Counted from the first letter of the stretch, positions 29,672 through 39,239 are shown. The stretch: DNA of 64,000 bases from a candidate division WOR-3 bacterium (GCA_011052815.1 DRIG01000095.1:8943-72942); one strand, 5' to 3'. Translations and numbers: made by a program. The notes: generated from the sequence alone by a model not told the origin.

Positions 29672-32600
29672 TTATTCTTCATTGGTGATTCTTTTATAGA
29701 GATTGAAGGTCTCAGCAGCAGGAACGGTGTTTAATTCTTCTTTCAAACTTTTCTCCAGACGATGGAACTGTCTTATCGCACCGGTTCGGTTTCCCTGGTT
29801 ATATAAAGCCTCCATCATAATCCGACAGGCTTGTTCATCATTCGCATCAAAAGAAAGAAGTCGGCGTGCAAAAGAGATTGCCTTCTGCCACTCAATCCGT
29901 TCCATACACCTCATCGCCAGCCAGAATAAAATTTCTCTCATTCTTTCTTTCAACTCAAACTGTTTGTCAACAAGGGAACGGGTGTAAAATTCCGGTAAAA
30001 AATCTCCACGGTATAATGCAACCGCTTTATGCGCACGGTCTTCTGCAAGGTGAAGCTTCCCGTGCCGCTTGAAATTCCGCCACTCTTTAACAAGCGATTC
30101 AAACTCCCAGAAGTCCACTTTCAGCAGTTCACGGTTGAGAGAAAGAAAAGGGCCCTTTTGAATAACGATATTGCCGCCGATGACTTTGTTAAGCCGGGCG
30201 AGAATAACCCGAAAATTCGCCTGTGATTTCTTTTTTGCCATATCCGACCAGAGATATGAAATCAAAATTTCCCTGGTGATGCCACCGGTTCGGGGCTGGA
30301 CTAATAACAAAGCCAGCAGTTCCTGTGCTTTTCTGGATTGCCATTCATTTCTGGTGATCTCTTCCAAATCACCGGCTTTTTTTACGGATAAACCACCAAA
30401 GGTGGTTATCTCAACAGAATTTATTCGAAATTCCTTTAGACGCTCATGAATGAGGTGGACGGCATTGTTGAATTTTTTTACTCTAACTTGTTTATAGAGT
30501 TCAGAAATTCTCGGTGTTGCGCGCATTTCAAAAAGAAGTTCTAAACCCTGTAAAAATATCGCCTCACCGCGAGTACCGCCGATTGCAAGTCCGAACCTCA
30601 CAAATATATCAGTAAGCAGTAATACTTCACCGTTTGCGGACAGAATCTCTTTTGCTTTTTCAAAAAGTTTCAATGCCTCACTGCGACGTCCTTTTTTCAA
30701 AAGAACCTGTGCCTTCTGCGCCAAGGCCCTTGCGAACCGTGGATTGAAATGGTGTTTCTCCGCAAATGTCAGTGATTTATTGACGAATTTCAACGCGTGA
30801 TCTATTTCATTTTTCTTTAAATAAATCATACTTTTGTATATCAACATATCACAGCGAGAATTTATCTCAAGTTTCTCCCCATCTATCTGCTTCAAGGCTG
30901 TTTCCGCTCTCTCAACATCATTCAATTCTAAATACAGCCGTGCAAAACTCAACCGGGCGGTTAAGTCAAGTCTTTGATTGCCTATCCTCTTTGCCTTACT
31001 CTCTGCTTTTTCAAAAAATTCTTTAGCCCGCTGGTATTCGCCTTTAACCAAAAAACAGTAACCCATATAAAGCAAATCAACACCAACAAGCTGTTCCTTT
31101 TGCAGCAATTTTGCTCTCTTTAAAGATTCATAAAATCTAATCAATGCCGAATCCACTTTCCCCATCCTCATTTCGACAAGTCCCAGTTGAGAGTAAGAAT
31201 CACCGAGATAAAAAAGGAGATGGTAATCCTCCGCAATCTTTTTCGCCTGCAGCATAAAATCAAACGCTTTATTTAAATCTCCCTTTGACATGGAGATCGA
31301 CCCGAGATACAAAAACACCTTATACCGCGCCTCGGGCGCCTTATCCTGAGGTATTTCTACAGCCAACCTTTTGGCTTCATCCTCTGCTTCCTTTAGCAGA
31401 CCTTTTCTCATCAACAACAGACAATGTTCCGCCAGCAAAGTCCAGTAAAGTCTGTCATTTTTCTTCACCAATGTTATCGCTTTATTTATATCTTCCTCTG
31501 CCTTTGACAGATCCTGAAGCGACAGCCTCTTATGAAAGAGCAGTCGGTAATGTATTCCGGCGTCTTTTCTTAAATTATTAACTTCGAGTTCCAGCGCGTT
31601 TTTTTCAATATCATCGACCTGGAGGGTGCTTTTTCCTGAGAACCAGAAAAGTTGATTTGATAAAGATTTGATTTTCAGTTTTATCTTATCGGCCATCTCT
31701 TTTTTATCCGCTATTCTTTGCGCAACATTCAAGTATCGTTGTGCAGATAAATATTGATAGTCATCGAACAGTCTTCTGGCTGTATTGAATAGATAAACGG
31801 CGAGCCTTTCTGTTTCTTCAGCAGGTTTTATGTCTTTTATAAGATGAAAGGCTATTTCCTCGCTGCTTGCTCTATTTTTTTTCAGAATACGGGCAAGCCT
31901 TCTGTGCAGTCTGCGTCGTTGATCAGAATTCATCTTATTATAAAACAGGCTTCGGATCAGAGGATGGGTGAATTGTTTGGCATTACCGGAATCTTCTATC
32001 AAGCCTGATGCGGAGAGGACATTTAGAGACCTCAGGAATTGCTTGTCGGACAGTGAATTCAATAGTTTACGAAGTATTGGAAGTTCAAATATTTCACCGA
32101 TTACTGCCGCACCCCGAAGGAATTTCAATTCTGAATCGGATAATCTATAAATACGATAACCTATTATACTCTCCACTGTCTCAGGAACAGGAAAGCTTTC
32201 ATAATCTGTTTCGACGAACCAACGATCTTTGGTTTCATCATAGAATATTATGTTCTGACGAACGAATGTCTTAACAATCTCTTTTATGAACAAAGGATTA
32301 CCCCGCGTGACACTGAAAAGCCAGTGTGTAAAAGAACCGGCGAAGGTGCTTCCGAACATTTGATTCAGGATGGTCATTATTTCTCCCCCCGAAAGGCCAG
32401 GAAGATCAAGGTAAGAAATCAGATGTTCATTATTCAATTCATCTATGAATATTTTCAGAAGTTGATTATTATTTTGAGTAGTCATTGTTGCGACTATCAA
32501 TATGGACTTACCGACCATCCTTCTTATAATGTATTTCAGTAACCCGGTTGATTCATCGCCCATCCACTGGATATCGTCCAGAAGCAGAATCAGTGGTTTG

Positions 32601-33067
32601 GAATTGGATAAATTATCAAAAAATGTTTGAAAAGAATAAAAGAACAGACGATTATCAATGGGGTGTTCCAGAGATTGTATCTCTAATGGATAATACCTTT
32701 TCAATTCAGGAATGAGATGAATAAAATAGGGGGCGATCTCTGGATTCAAAAACTTTACAAACCACCATCGGCGGTTTTCCACTTTGAGTAGATGGTCTTT
32801 AACCATCTGAATAAACGGTGAAAAAGGTTTTGTTTCATCCTTCAACACCCTGCCGTATAGAATGTGAATATTGGAAGCATCAACTTCATCAATAAATCGT
32901 TCAAGAAAGGAAGTTTTTCCGACACCGACTTCACCGCGGACAAGGATAAATCGACCGTTATAGTTTAACGTCTCTTCCAGGTGACTCTTTAACCATTTCA
33001 GTTCTTTTTTTCTTCCGACGAACGGTTCATCGACACCTGTGGTTCTAAATAAAAATTCTTTCTTCAT
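29672..33067 (-). CDS. STAND-type AAA ATPase - TPR - C-terminal SARP (OmpR-like winged helix + BTAD) regulator, 1131 aa.
   Basis: Walker A GEVGVGKTS at the N-terminus, then a long TPR region. The C-terminal ~250 aa have an OmpR-type DNA-binding pattern followed by a BTAD-like helical domain. Confidence 0.7.
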   Translation of the reverse strand: MKKEFLFRTTGVDEPFVGRKKELKWLKSHLEETLNYNGRFILVRGEVGVGKTSFLERFIDEVDASNIHILYGRVLKDETKPFSPFIQMVKDHLLKVENRRWWFVKFLNPEIAPYFIHLIPELKRYYPLEIQSLEHPIDNRLFFYSFQTFFDNLSNSKPLILLLDDIQWMGDESTGLLKYIIRRMVGKSILIVATMTTQNNNQLLKIFIDELNNEHLISYLDLPGLSGGEIMTILNQMFGSTFAGSFTHWLFSVTRGNPLFIKEIVKTFVRQNIIFYDETKDRWFVETDYESFPVPETVESIIGYRIYRLSDSELKFLRGAAVIGEIFELPILRKLLNSLSDKQFLRSLNVLSASGLIEDSGNAKQFTHPLIRSLFYNKMNSDQRRRLHRRLARILKKNRASSEEIAFHLIKDIKPAEETERLAVYLFNTARRLFDDYQYLSAQRYLNVAQRIADKKEMADKIKLKIKSLSNQLFWFSGKSTLQVDDIEKNALELEVNNLRKDAGIHYRLLFHKRLSLQDLSKAEEDINKAITLVKKNDRLYWTLLAEHCLLLMRKGLLKEAEDEAKRLAVEIPQDKAPEARYKVFLYLGSISMSKGDLNKAFDFMLQAKKIAEDYHLLFYLGDSYSQLGLVEMRMGKVDSALIRFYESLKRAKLLQKEQLVGVDLLYMGYCFLVKGEYQRAKEFFEKAESKAKRIGNQRLDLTARLSFARLYLELNDVERAETALKQIDGEKLEINSRCDMLIYKSMIYLKKNEIDHALKFVNKSLTFAEKHHFNPRFARALAQKAQVLLKKGRRSEALKLFEKAKEILSANGEVLLLTDIFVRFGLAIGGTRGEAIFLQGLELLFEMRATPRISELYKQVRVKKFNNAVHLIHERLKEFRINSVEITTFGGLSVKKAGDLEEITRNEWQSRKAQELLALLLVQPRTGGITREILISYLWSDMAKKKSQANFRVILARLNKVIGGNIVIQKGPFLSLNRELLKVDFWEFESLVKEWRNFKRHGKLHLAEDRAHKAVALYRGDFLPEFYTRSLVDKQFELKERMREILFWLAMRCMERIEWQKAISFARRLLSFDANDEQACRIMMEALYNQGNRTGAIRQFHRLEKSLKEELNTVPAAETFNLYKRITNEE

Positions 33068-33152
33068 AAATCAACGATTGTCAGGGAAATACTTACTTCC
33101 AGAGGAGAAAGCAGCTACCCTTCTTAAATTTTTCTGAAGAACAATCTTATAG

Positions 33153-33180
33153 ATTATAAAGAAGCAGCAGTGATAGTCAA
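33153..33180 (-). promoter_or_regulatory. Sigma-70-like promoter for the STAND-SARP gene.
   Basis: On the minus strand: TTGACT (rc of 33175-33180), N16, TATAAT (rc of 33153-33158). It is 10 bp from hairpin element copy 2. Confidence 0.5.
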
Positions 33181-33189
33181 GGGCTTATA

Positions 33190-33324
33190 GGGGTCAGATC
33201 TCGAAACTTGACAAATTATCACTTCTCATTATAATAACTTCGTGGTCAAACCATTGAAAACAGGATTCCGATGTTTTTCACCACAACAAGATGAGGGAGT
33301 TGTCAAGTTTCGAGATCTGACCCC
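33190..33324. repeat. Hairpin element, copy 2: the same 25-bp perfect inverted arms around an 85-nt loop. Ends 2 nt before tRNA-Arg.
   Basis: Exact match to the copy 1 arms. It contains the tRNA-Arg promoter. Confidence 0.75.
33208..33235 (+). promoter_or_regulatory. Consensus promoter of tRNA-Arg(TCG), embedded in hairpin element copy 2.
   Basis: TTGACA 33208-33213 lies inside the left arm. After a 16-nt spacer, TATAAT 33230-33235 lies in the loop. The tRNA starts about 85 nt downstream. Confidence 0.55.
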
Positions 33325-33326
33325 AT

Positions 33327-33400
33327 GCGCCTGTAGCTCAATCGGATAGAGCGACGGACTTCGAATCCGTAGGCTGGGGGTTCAATTCCCTCCAGGCGCG
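33327..33400 (+). tRNA. tRNA-Arg (anticodon TCG)
   Basis: Acceptor GCGCCTG/CAGGCGC, anticodon loop CTTCGAA, T-loop GGTTCAATTCC. Confidence 0.85.
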
Positions 33401-33417
33401 TTTCTGCAACTCAATTT

Positions 33418-36400
33418 TTATTTCTCTTGCCGCTCAAAGAGCGTGTAGAGGACCGGAATAAAGACCAGCGTTAAAAAGGTTGAAAGGACAAGACCGCCGA
33501 TAACCGACCGCGCCATCGGTGCGCGCAGTTCATTACCCGCACCCATTGCCAGTGCCATTGGAATAAGCCCAAATGTCGTGGTGAATGCGGTCATAAGAAT
33601 CGGCCTGAGCCGCACCCGACCGGCCTCGACCACCGCCTTAACCAGCGGCATTCCATGCTCCCGTCGCAACTGGTTTGTGTAAGTGATATAAACAATCGCA
33701 TTATTCACCACAATACCACCGAGCAACAACACTCCCATCAGACTCTGCATATTAATCGTGGTGCCGGTGAAGAAGAGCATCCAGAGTACTCCGATAATCG
33801 CCAGGGGAATTGTAAATATTATTATAAACGGCTCTTTGAAAGACTCGAACTGTCCGACCATTATCATATAAACGAGCACAAAAGCGAGAAGGATGACAAG
33901 CCCGAGGTCGCGGAATGTCGACTGCATCTCTTCAAAACCGCCGCTCAGCTCGATCTGGAAATCAGCCGGTTTTTCAATACTGTTAATTATTTTCTGAACA
34001 TCACGGCCCACACTTCCAGGGTCACGGCCCTCAACATCACCGCTGATCGTCACCACCCGATAATTGTCTTCGTGTTCGATCTCCACGGGGCCTACTGCAA
34101 TTGTATCTTTTATAAAGTTCTTGATCGGCACCTCACCGACCGGCGTTGTTATGGTCATCATCTGTATTTTCTTCAAGTCATCCCGATATCTTTTGTCGAA
34201 TTGTATCTTTATGTCGTACTCCTCACCCTGCTGGCGGAATTGACTGGCGACCACTCCCTCAATGCGCGCCCGTATCGCACTGCCGATCTGATACGGAGTC
34301 AAACCAAAGTTCGCCGCTTTCTGACGGTCGATTATCAGTCTGAATTCAGGTTTTCCTTCTTTTAAGTTTGATTCAAGATTGACCAACCCCTTCACAGATT
34401 TCAACCTTTCCATCAGAGTATCAGACAACAACTTCGCCTCAGCACGGTCATAACCGAAGATCTTGATGATGATGGGTTTACCGCCGAACATCTGCTGAAA
34501 TTCATTCTGTGCAAAGCTCACTTTCAAACCGGGGATGTTGCTGATCTTGGGCCGCAGGTCCCGCTGGATATCTTTGATCGAACGTTTACGCTTTTCCCGA
34601 TAAACAAGTTCCAGCCAGATCTGGGCGGCGTGGGGACCGGGATTACTGGCGAAAAGGCTTGTAAATCCGCCTTCTCCACTGCCGATCGAGGTCGAAAGAA
34701 TCTCCAGTTCAGGTACTTCTTTGAAAATAATTTGTTCAAGTTTACGCACGGCACTATCAGTGACCCAGAGATTCATTCCCACCGGCATTTCAGCCTTTAT
34801 TATGATCTCACCCCGATCGGTCTCAGGACTCAATTCTGTACCGATAAATGGAATAAGCACTAAACTGATAAGAAATACACTGATCGTTCCAAAGATAACA
34901 GTCTTACGGTGACCGAGCGCCCACTGGATAATACGTGCATAGAGATTTTCTATCCTCTCATAGAATCCGCGAACGCGCGTACTGAAACCTTTTTTCTGTT
35001 TTTTAATATCGATCGTTCCGAAACGGACCGAGAGCATGGGGATGATGGTTAAGGCGACGATAAGAGAAGAACCCAGGGCAAAAGTCACGGTCAAGGCAAG
35101 GGGTTTAAAAAAGACTGAAGCGAATCCTTTAACCAGAAGCAACGGCAAAAAGACCGCAACCGTGGTCAGGGTCGAGGCGGTGATCGCGGCACTCACTTCA
35201 CGCGCCCCTTTACTCGCTGCTGTCTTGGGTTCGACGCCCTTTTCTTTCTGGCGGAAAATCGCTTCGAAAACAACGATTGCGGAATCAAGCACCATGCCGA
35301 TGGCGATCGTCAATCCTCCCAGAGATATAATATTCAAACTCATCTTAAAAAGATACATAAAGAACAGGGCGAAGAAGACCGCGATCGGAATCGCCACCGC
35401 CATATAGATCGTCGAACGGAAGTTCGCCAGAAACAGAAAAAGTATGATCACGGCGAGGATTGCTCCGAGAATCAAAGTATTGGCTGTACTCTTCACCGAA
35501 CGCATGATATAATCAGCCTGATTGAACATAACATCAATCTTAACACCGGGAGGCAATTCTTTTTCGATCTTTTCAAGTTCTTTCACCGCTCTGGTGCCGA
35601 CATTTACTGAATTTGCATCACTCCGTTTCTGCACCATACCCCATATTGATTGAACACCATTGGTACGGGCGATCGATTTTATCTCAGCCGCCCGGGATTC
35701 AACCGTTGCAACCTGTGATAAAAGTATGGGAACCCCGTTATTGTTCCCCACCACAGTATTTCGAATTTCATCGAGGTCAGAGTACTGACCGGTCGTCCGC
35801 AGGATATAGACTTTTTTGCCGGTCTCCACACTGCCGATTGGATAATTGATATTATGTGCCTGAATCGTCCGCATAATCTGTTCCGGAGTTATACCGGTGC
35901 CTTTTAACTTCATCGGGTCAAGAACAATCTGAATCTCACGCTGGGTCCCGCCCATTGCATAAGACGCCGCGACGCCGCCGACCCGCTGGATGCGGTCCGC
36001 AATATCATTGGCGATCGCTTCGAGTTCCAGGGGATCGATATCACCCGAGATATTATACATCACCACAGGTTGCTGGGATATATCAAATTTGAAAATCAAG
36101 GGATAATCCGCGCCGTCCGGTAAATACGGTAAAACAAAACCGAGTTTATCCCTTACATCATTAGATGCTGCATCGACATCTGTGCCCCAATCAAATTGGA
36201 GGAAGATATTGGAAATATTCTCTGAGGTCTTCGAAGTTATTTTATCGAGATTATTGACCGTTCCGAGAGTCTTCTCCAGAGGTTCGGTGATCTGTGTTTC
36301 AATCTCTTCGGGTCCGGCACCCGGATAGGTCGTCAGCACGATCATCATCGGAAAAGTAATATTGGGAAAGAGATCGACCGGTAAATTCATTACGGAAATC

Positions 36401-36480
36401 GCCCCGAAAATAATAACTCCCAAAAACACCATTGAAACAGCAAGCGGTCTTTTTATTGAAAGATCCGTTAAATTCATCAC
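33418..36480 (-). CDS. RND-family efflux transporter permease (AcrB-like).
   Basis: 1020 aa, 12-TM RND architecture with two large periplasmic loops and characteristic motifs. Confidence 0.9.
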   Translation of the reverse strand: MMNLTDLSIKRPLAVSMVFLGVIIFGAISVMNLPVDLFPNITFPMMIVLTTYPGAGPEEIETQITEPLEKTLGTVNNLDKITSKTSENISNIFLQFDWGTDVDAASNDVRDKLGFVLPYLPDGADYPLIFKFDISQQPVVMYNISGDIDPLELEAIANDIADRIQRVGGVAASYAMGGTQREIQIVLDPMKLKGTGITPEQIMRTIQAHNINYPIGSVETGKKVYILRTTGQYSDLDEIRNTVVGNNNGVPILLSQVATVESRAAEIKSIARTNGVQSIWGMVQKRSDANSVNVGTRAVKELEKIEKELPPGVKIDVMFNQADYIMRSVKSTANTLILGAILAVIILFLFLANFRSTIYMAVAIPIAVFFALFFMYLFKMSLNIISLGGLTIAIGMVLDSAIVVFEAIFRQKEKGVEPKTAASKGAREVSAAITASTLTTVAVFLPLLLVKGFASVFFKPLALTVTFALGSSLIVALTIIPMLSVRFGTIDIKKQKKGFSTRVRGFYERIENLYARIIQWALGHRKTVIFGTISVFLISLVLIPFIGTELSPETDRGEIIIKAEMPVGMNLWVTDSAVRKLEQIIFKEVPELEILSTSIGSGEGGFTSLFASNPGPHAAQIWLELVYREKRKRSIKDIQRDLRPKISNIPGLKVSFAQNEFQQMFGGKPIIIKIFGYDRAEAKLLSDTLMERLKSVKGLVNLESNLKEGKPEFRLIIDRQKAANFGLTPYQIGSAIRARIEGVVASQFRQQGEEYDIKIQFDKRYRDDLKKIQMMTITTPVGEVPIKNFIKDTIAVGPVEIEHEDNYRVVTISGDVEGRDPGSVGRDVQKIINSIEKPADFQIELSGGFEEMQSTFRDLGLVILLAFVLVYMIMVGQFESFKEPFIIIFTIPLAIIGVLWMLFFTGTTINMQSLMGVLLLGGIVVNNAIVYITYTNQLRREHGMPLVKAVVEAGRVRLRPILMTAFTTTFGLIPMALAMGAGNELRAPMARSVIGGLVLSTFLTLVFIPVLYTLFERQEK

Positions 36481-37361
36481 TCACCCCTTACGATTGGTGC
36501 CACACTCTCTCCGCCCGCCAGCCGTTCCTGTCCTACAATAATAACCGCTTCACCCGGTTTGACTCCGGAGATGATTTCAACGTTCTCATCACCGACCAAA
36601 CCGATCTTGACGTCCCGACGTTCTGCCTTGTCATTTGACACCACAAAGAGATAGTCATCGAGCAGGGCGTCGCGCGGCACAGCGATTACATCTTTCTTTT
36701 CGTCGAGGGTAATGGTAATCCGCGCCGTCATCCCGGGTTTCAACAGCTTTTTACTGTTCTTAACAACCGCTTTCACCGCAACGGTCCGGGTTCTGGGGTC
36801 GATCACCGGACTGATCTCTGATATCTTACCGCTGAATACATCATCAGGAAACGGATCCACCCTTATCTCCACCCTGCTTCCCTTGAAGATAGAACCTATC
36901 AGGTCTTCTGCAATGTTAAAAACCACCTTGACCGTCGAGAATTCAACAACCATCGCCACCGGTGTCTGCGGGGTCACCATGGACCCGACATTGACGAGAA
37001 TTCGGGCGACATTTCCGGAAATCGGAGCTTTAATATACCCTTCTTCATAATTAAAACCGACCGTTTCGTTCCTCAACGCCATAAGGTGGGTGTTTTTGGC
37101 GACATAACTTCCTTCTTTGACATAAATTCTGGTGATCCTGCCCATGGTCTCTGGAAAGACCTGTGCTGTTTTATCGGCATTGATTGTGCCAAGGAGTTCG
37201 TAAGTGTTTTTGACATCGCCTCTCTTCACACGAACAACCTCGACCGCGATCTCCGCCACCTCCTCACTTGCCCGGGAGCCGCTCTTCAATACCGCGATTC
37301 TGATTATGAAACCGATAATTAAAACAGCAATTATTATCAATGTAATAAAAACTTTGCGCAT
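36477..37361 (-). CDS. RND efflux periplasmic adaptor (membrane fusion protein).
   Basis: HlyD/AcrA-like lipoyl and beta-barrel pattern. Overlaps the RND start. Confidence 0.85.
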   Translation of the reverse strand: MRKVFITLIIIAVLIIGFIIRIAVLKSGSRASEEVAEIAVEVVRVKRGDVKNTYELLGTINADKTAQVFPETMGRITRIYVKEGSYVAKNTHLMALRNETVGFNYEEGYIKAPISGNVARILVNVGSMVTPQTPVAMVVEFSTVKVVFNIAEDLIGSIFKGSRVEIRVDPFPDDVFSGKISEISPVIDPRTRTVAVKAVVKNSKKLLKPGMTARITITLDEKKDVIAVPRDALLDDYLFVVSNDKAERRDVKIGLVGDENVEIISGVKPGEAVIIVGQERLAGGESVAPIVRGE

Positions 37362-38633
37362 CTATTCCTCCTTACCGATTGCTTTCTGAATCTCAGCCTT
37401 GGAGCTATAATAATCCTTCAATGCTGAGAGGTAATTTGTTCGTGCCTGCATTGCGGCAAGCTGGGCATCCATATATTCAAGATTTGTCGCAAGCCCGTTC
37501 TTGTAACGTTTTTCAATAATTTCAAATGCCTTTTCCGCCTGACTTACATTCTTTTCGGCGGTGAGGAGTGCCTCTTTTGCCGCAACAAAATTCAAATATG
37601 CTTTTTTGACTTCAAGCCTTATCGCCTTCTTCAAATTTTCCAGTGCAAGCTCAGCCTCCCGCAATTGCAACGCCGCATCTCTTTGCTGGTAGAAATTTTT
37701 AAAACCGGTGAATATCGGAACCTGGAAACCGATGTTGAATATAACATTAGAACCCCATTCGCCGCTCGTAAAACTGAATGGTTTTTTACGCTCATAGGTC
37801 GCTCCGGCGACGACCACGGGAAGATTGGAGCGACGCATAATCGCTTCGTTCAACCGTGCGATTTCCTTTACTTTCATCAAATTTTTGAGCTCTATTCGAT
37901 TAAGGAGTGCTTCGTCGACCAACTCCTCAAGAACAAAATCTTCATCAACCATCTTCAGCTCTCCGGAAATAGTGAAGTCGGCTGCCAAATCCATACCCAG
38001 CAGCATCTTGAATCCCTCACGGGCGAGATTTAATCCGTGTTCGGCCTTGATGACCCGGGGTTTTAAATTTGAAACCTGAACCCGCGCCCGCAGTAGATCA
38101 AACTGCGATACCAGCCCTGCTTTATAGCGTTCTTCAACAGCCCGGGCATGGCGCTTAAGCTGAGCAAGGCTCTTTTGTGAAACCTGAACCATGTCTTCGA
38201 GCACCAGAAGACCGTAAAAAGCATCGCTCACAGCACAACGGAGTTCTTGCTTTTTACGAACCAGTTTGAGCTCGGCGATCTCTTTCCCCAGATCAGAAAT
38301 CTTATAAGCATTATAAATCTTACCCCAGGCAAAGAGCACCTGCTGCAGGGAAACCTGCAGACTGTAGTTTTCATTCTGTCCCATTGGTATCGGCATACTG
38401 TCAAGCTGAAACACCGGGACATCGGTCAGATAAGCGTATCCGCCGGTTGCGGAGATGCTGGGATAAAACGCCGAGATTGCTTTATTGACACCGGTCTGTG
38501 CTCTTGCATACTCGAGCTCAAGCTGCTCGATTTCAGGATTATTCTCCAATGCATAATCAACCGCCTGAACCAAAGTGAAATGGAGGGTATCACCACCACT
38601 GATACTTATAAGCAAAATTAAAATTACTGACAT
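37362..38633 (-). CDS. TolC-like outer-membrane efflux protein.
   Basis: Signal peptide and two OEP repeats of coiled-coil/beta structure. Abuts the adaptor gene. Confidence 0.8.
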   Translation of the reverse strand: MSVILILLISISGGDTLHFTLVQAVDYALENNPEIEQLELEYARAQTGVNKAISAFYPSISATGGYAYLTDVPVFQLDSMPIPMGQNENYSLQVSLQQVLFAWGKIYNAYKISDLGKEIAELKLVRKKQELRCAVSDAFYGLLVLEDMVQVSQKSLAQLKRHARAVEERYKAGLVSQFDLLRARVQVSNLKPRVIKAEHGLNLAREGFKMLLGMDLAADFTISGELKMVDEDFVLEELVDEALLNRIELKNLMKVKEIARLNEAIMRRSNLPVVVAGATYERKKPFSFTSGEWGSNVIFNIGFQVPIFTGFKNFYQQRDAALQLREAELALENLKKAIRLEVKKAYLNFVAAKEALLTAEKNVSQAEKAFEIIEKRYKNGLATNLEYMDAQLAAMQARTNYLSALKDYYSSKAEIQKAIGKEE

Positions 38634-38651
38634 TGTCGCCTCCTTATATAT

Positions 38652-39239
38652 TCAGGGTAAAATTAATTTCAGCCCGAGACCGTTTTCCCATATCTTTTCA
38701 TCCTTGTCGTAAAATCCGTATTTATAAATATCTGAGCTGGCAAGGTAATTATATCTGCTGGAAAATTCTATCCCGATGAATCTCAACGGAATCAATTGTA
38801 AGGTAAATCCGCCGATAAATCCTATATCCCTTTCCTCCATCTTCTCCCCACTGGGAAGCGTGATGACCTCATCATTCAAAAATCCCTTCCAGAGATATAT
38901 CCCGATCCCGGTCTCTGCGGAAAGTCTGACCCACCTTGAATGTATAAACGGCAGGATGTCGAAACTGGTGCAGAGGGTCAGTGGAAGATATTCATAACGA
39001 TACGTGCCGAAAGTCGAGGATCTCTCGAAACTCAACTTCGTCCCTCTGACCTTTAATCCCAGATGGGGAATAAAATCCCTCATTTCAAACTCACCGCTGA
39101 AAGACCACTGTGTTTCTGTCTCTTCCTCATCCTGGAAAAGCTGAAAAACGGAATAGTTCGGTCCCAAGGAAAATTGAATATGCCCACCTTCCTGAATGGC
39201 GAAAACGAGAATGAGCACATTCGTAAAAAGAGCATACAT
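38652..39239 (-). CDS. Hypothetical small outer-membrane beta-barrel-like protein in the efflux operon.
   Basis: Signal peptide and alternating hydrophobic beta pattern. Confidence 0.4.
   Translation of the reverse strand: MYALFTNVLILVFAIQEGGHIQFSLGPNYSVFQLFQDEEETETQWSFSGEFEMRDFIPHLGLKVRGTKLSFERSSTFGTYRYEYLPLTLCTSFDILPFIHSRWVRLSAETGIGIYLWKGFLNDEVITLPSGEKMEERDIGFIGGFTLQLIPLRFIGIEFSSRYNYLASSDIYKYGFYDKDEKIWENGLGLKLILP

Noticed and set aside
27875-33324. The hairpin elements as a CRISPR array or as classical integrase att sites.
   Set aside because: Only two copies, each a palindrome with a long loop. No cas genes and no integrase or transposase. The element abuts the 5' end, not the 3' end, of the tRNA.
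33655-34365. A 236-aa plus-strand ORF inside the RND permease gene, and similar antisense ORFs inside other large genes (for example 20148-20645, 31285-31581, 43022-43696).
   Set aside because: They are antisense to genes with clear homology, have no RBS or promoter, and show odd composition. Treated as non-coding.
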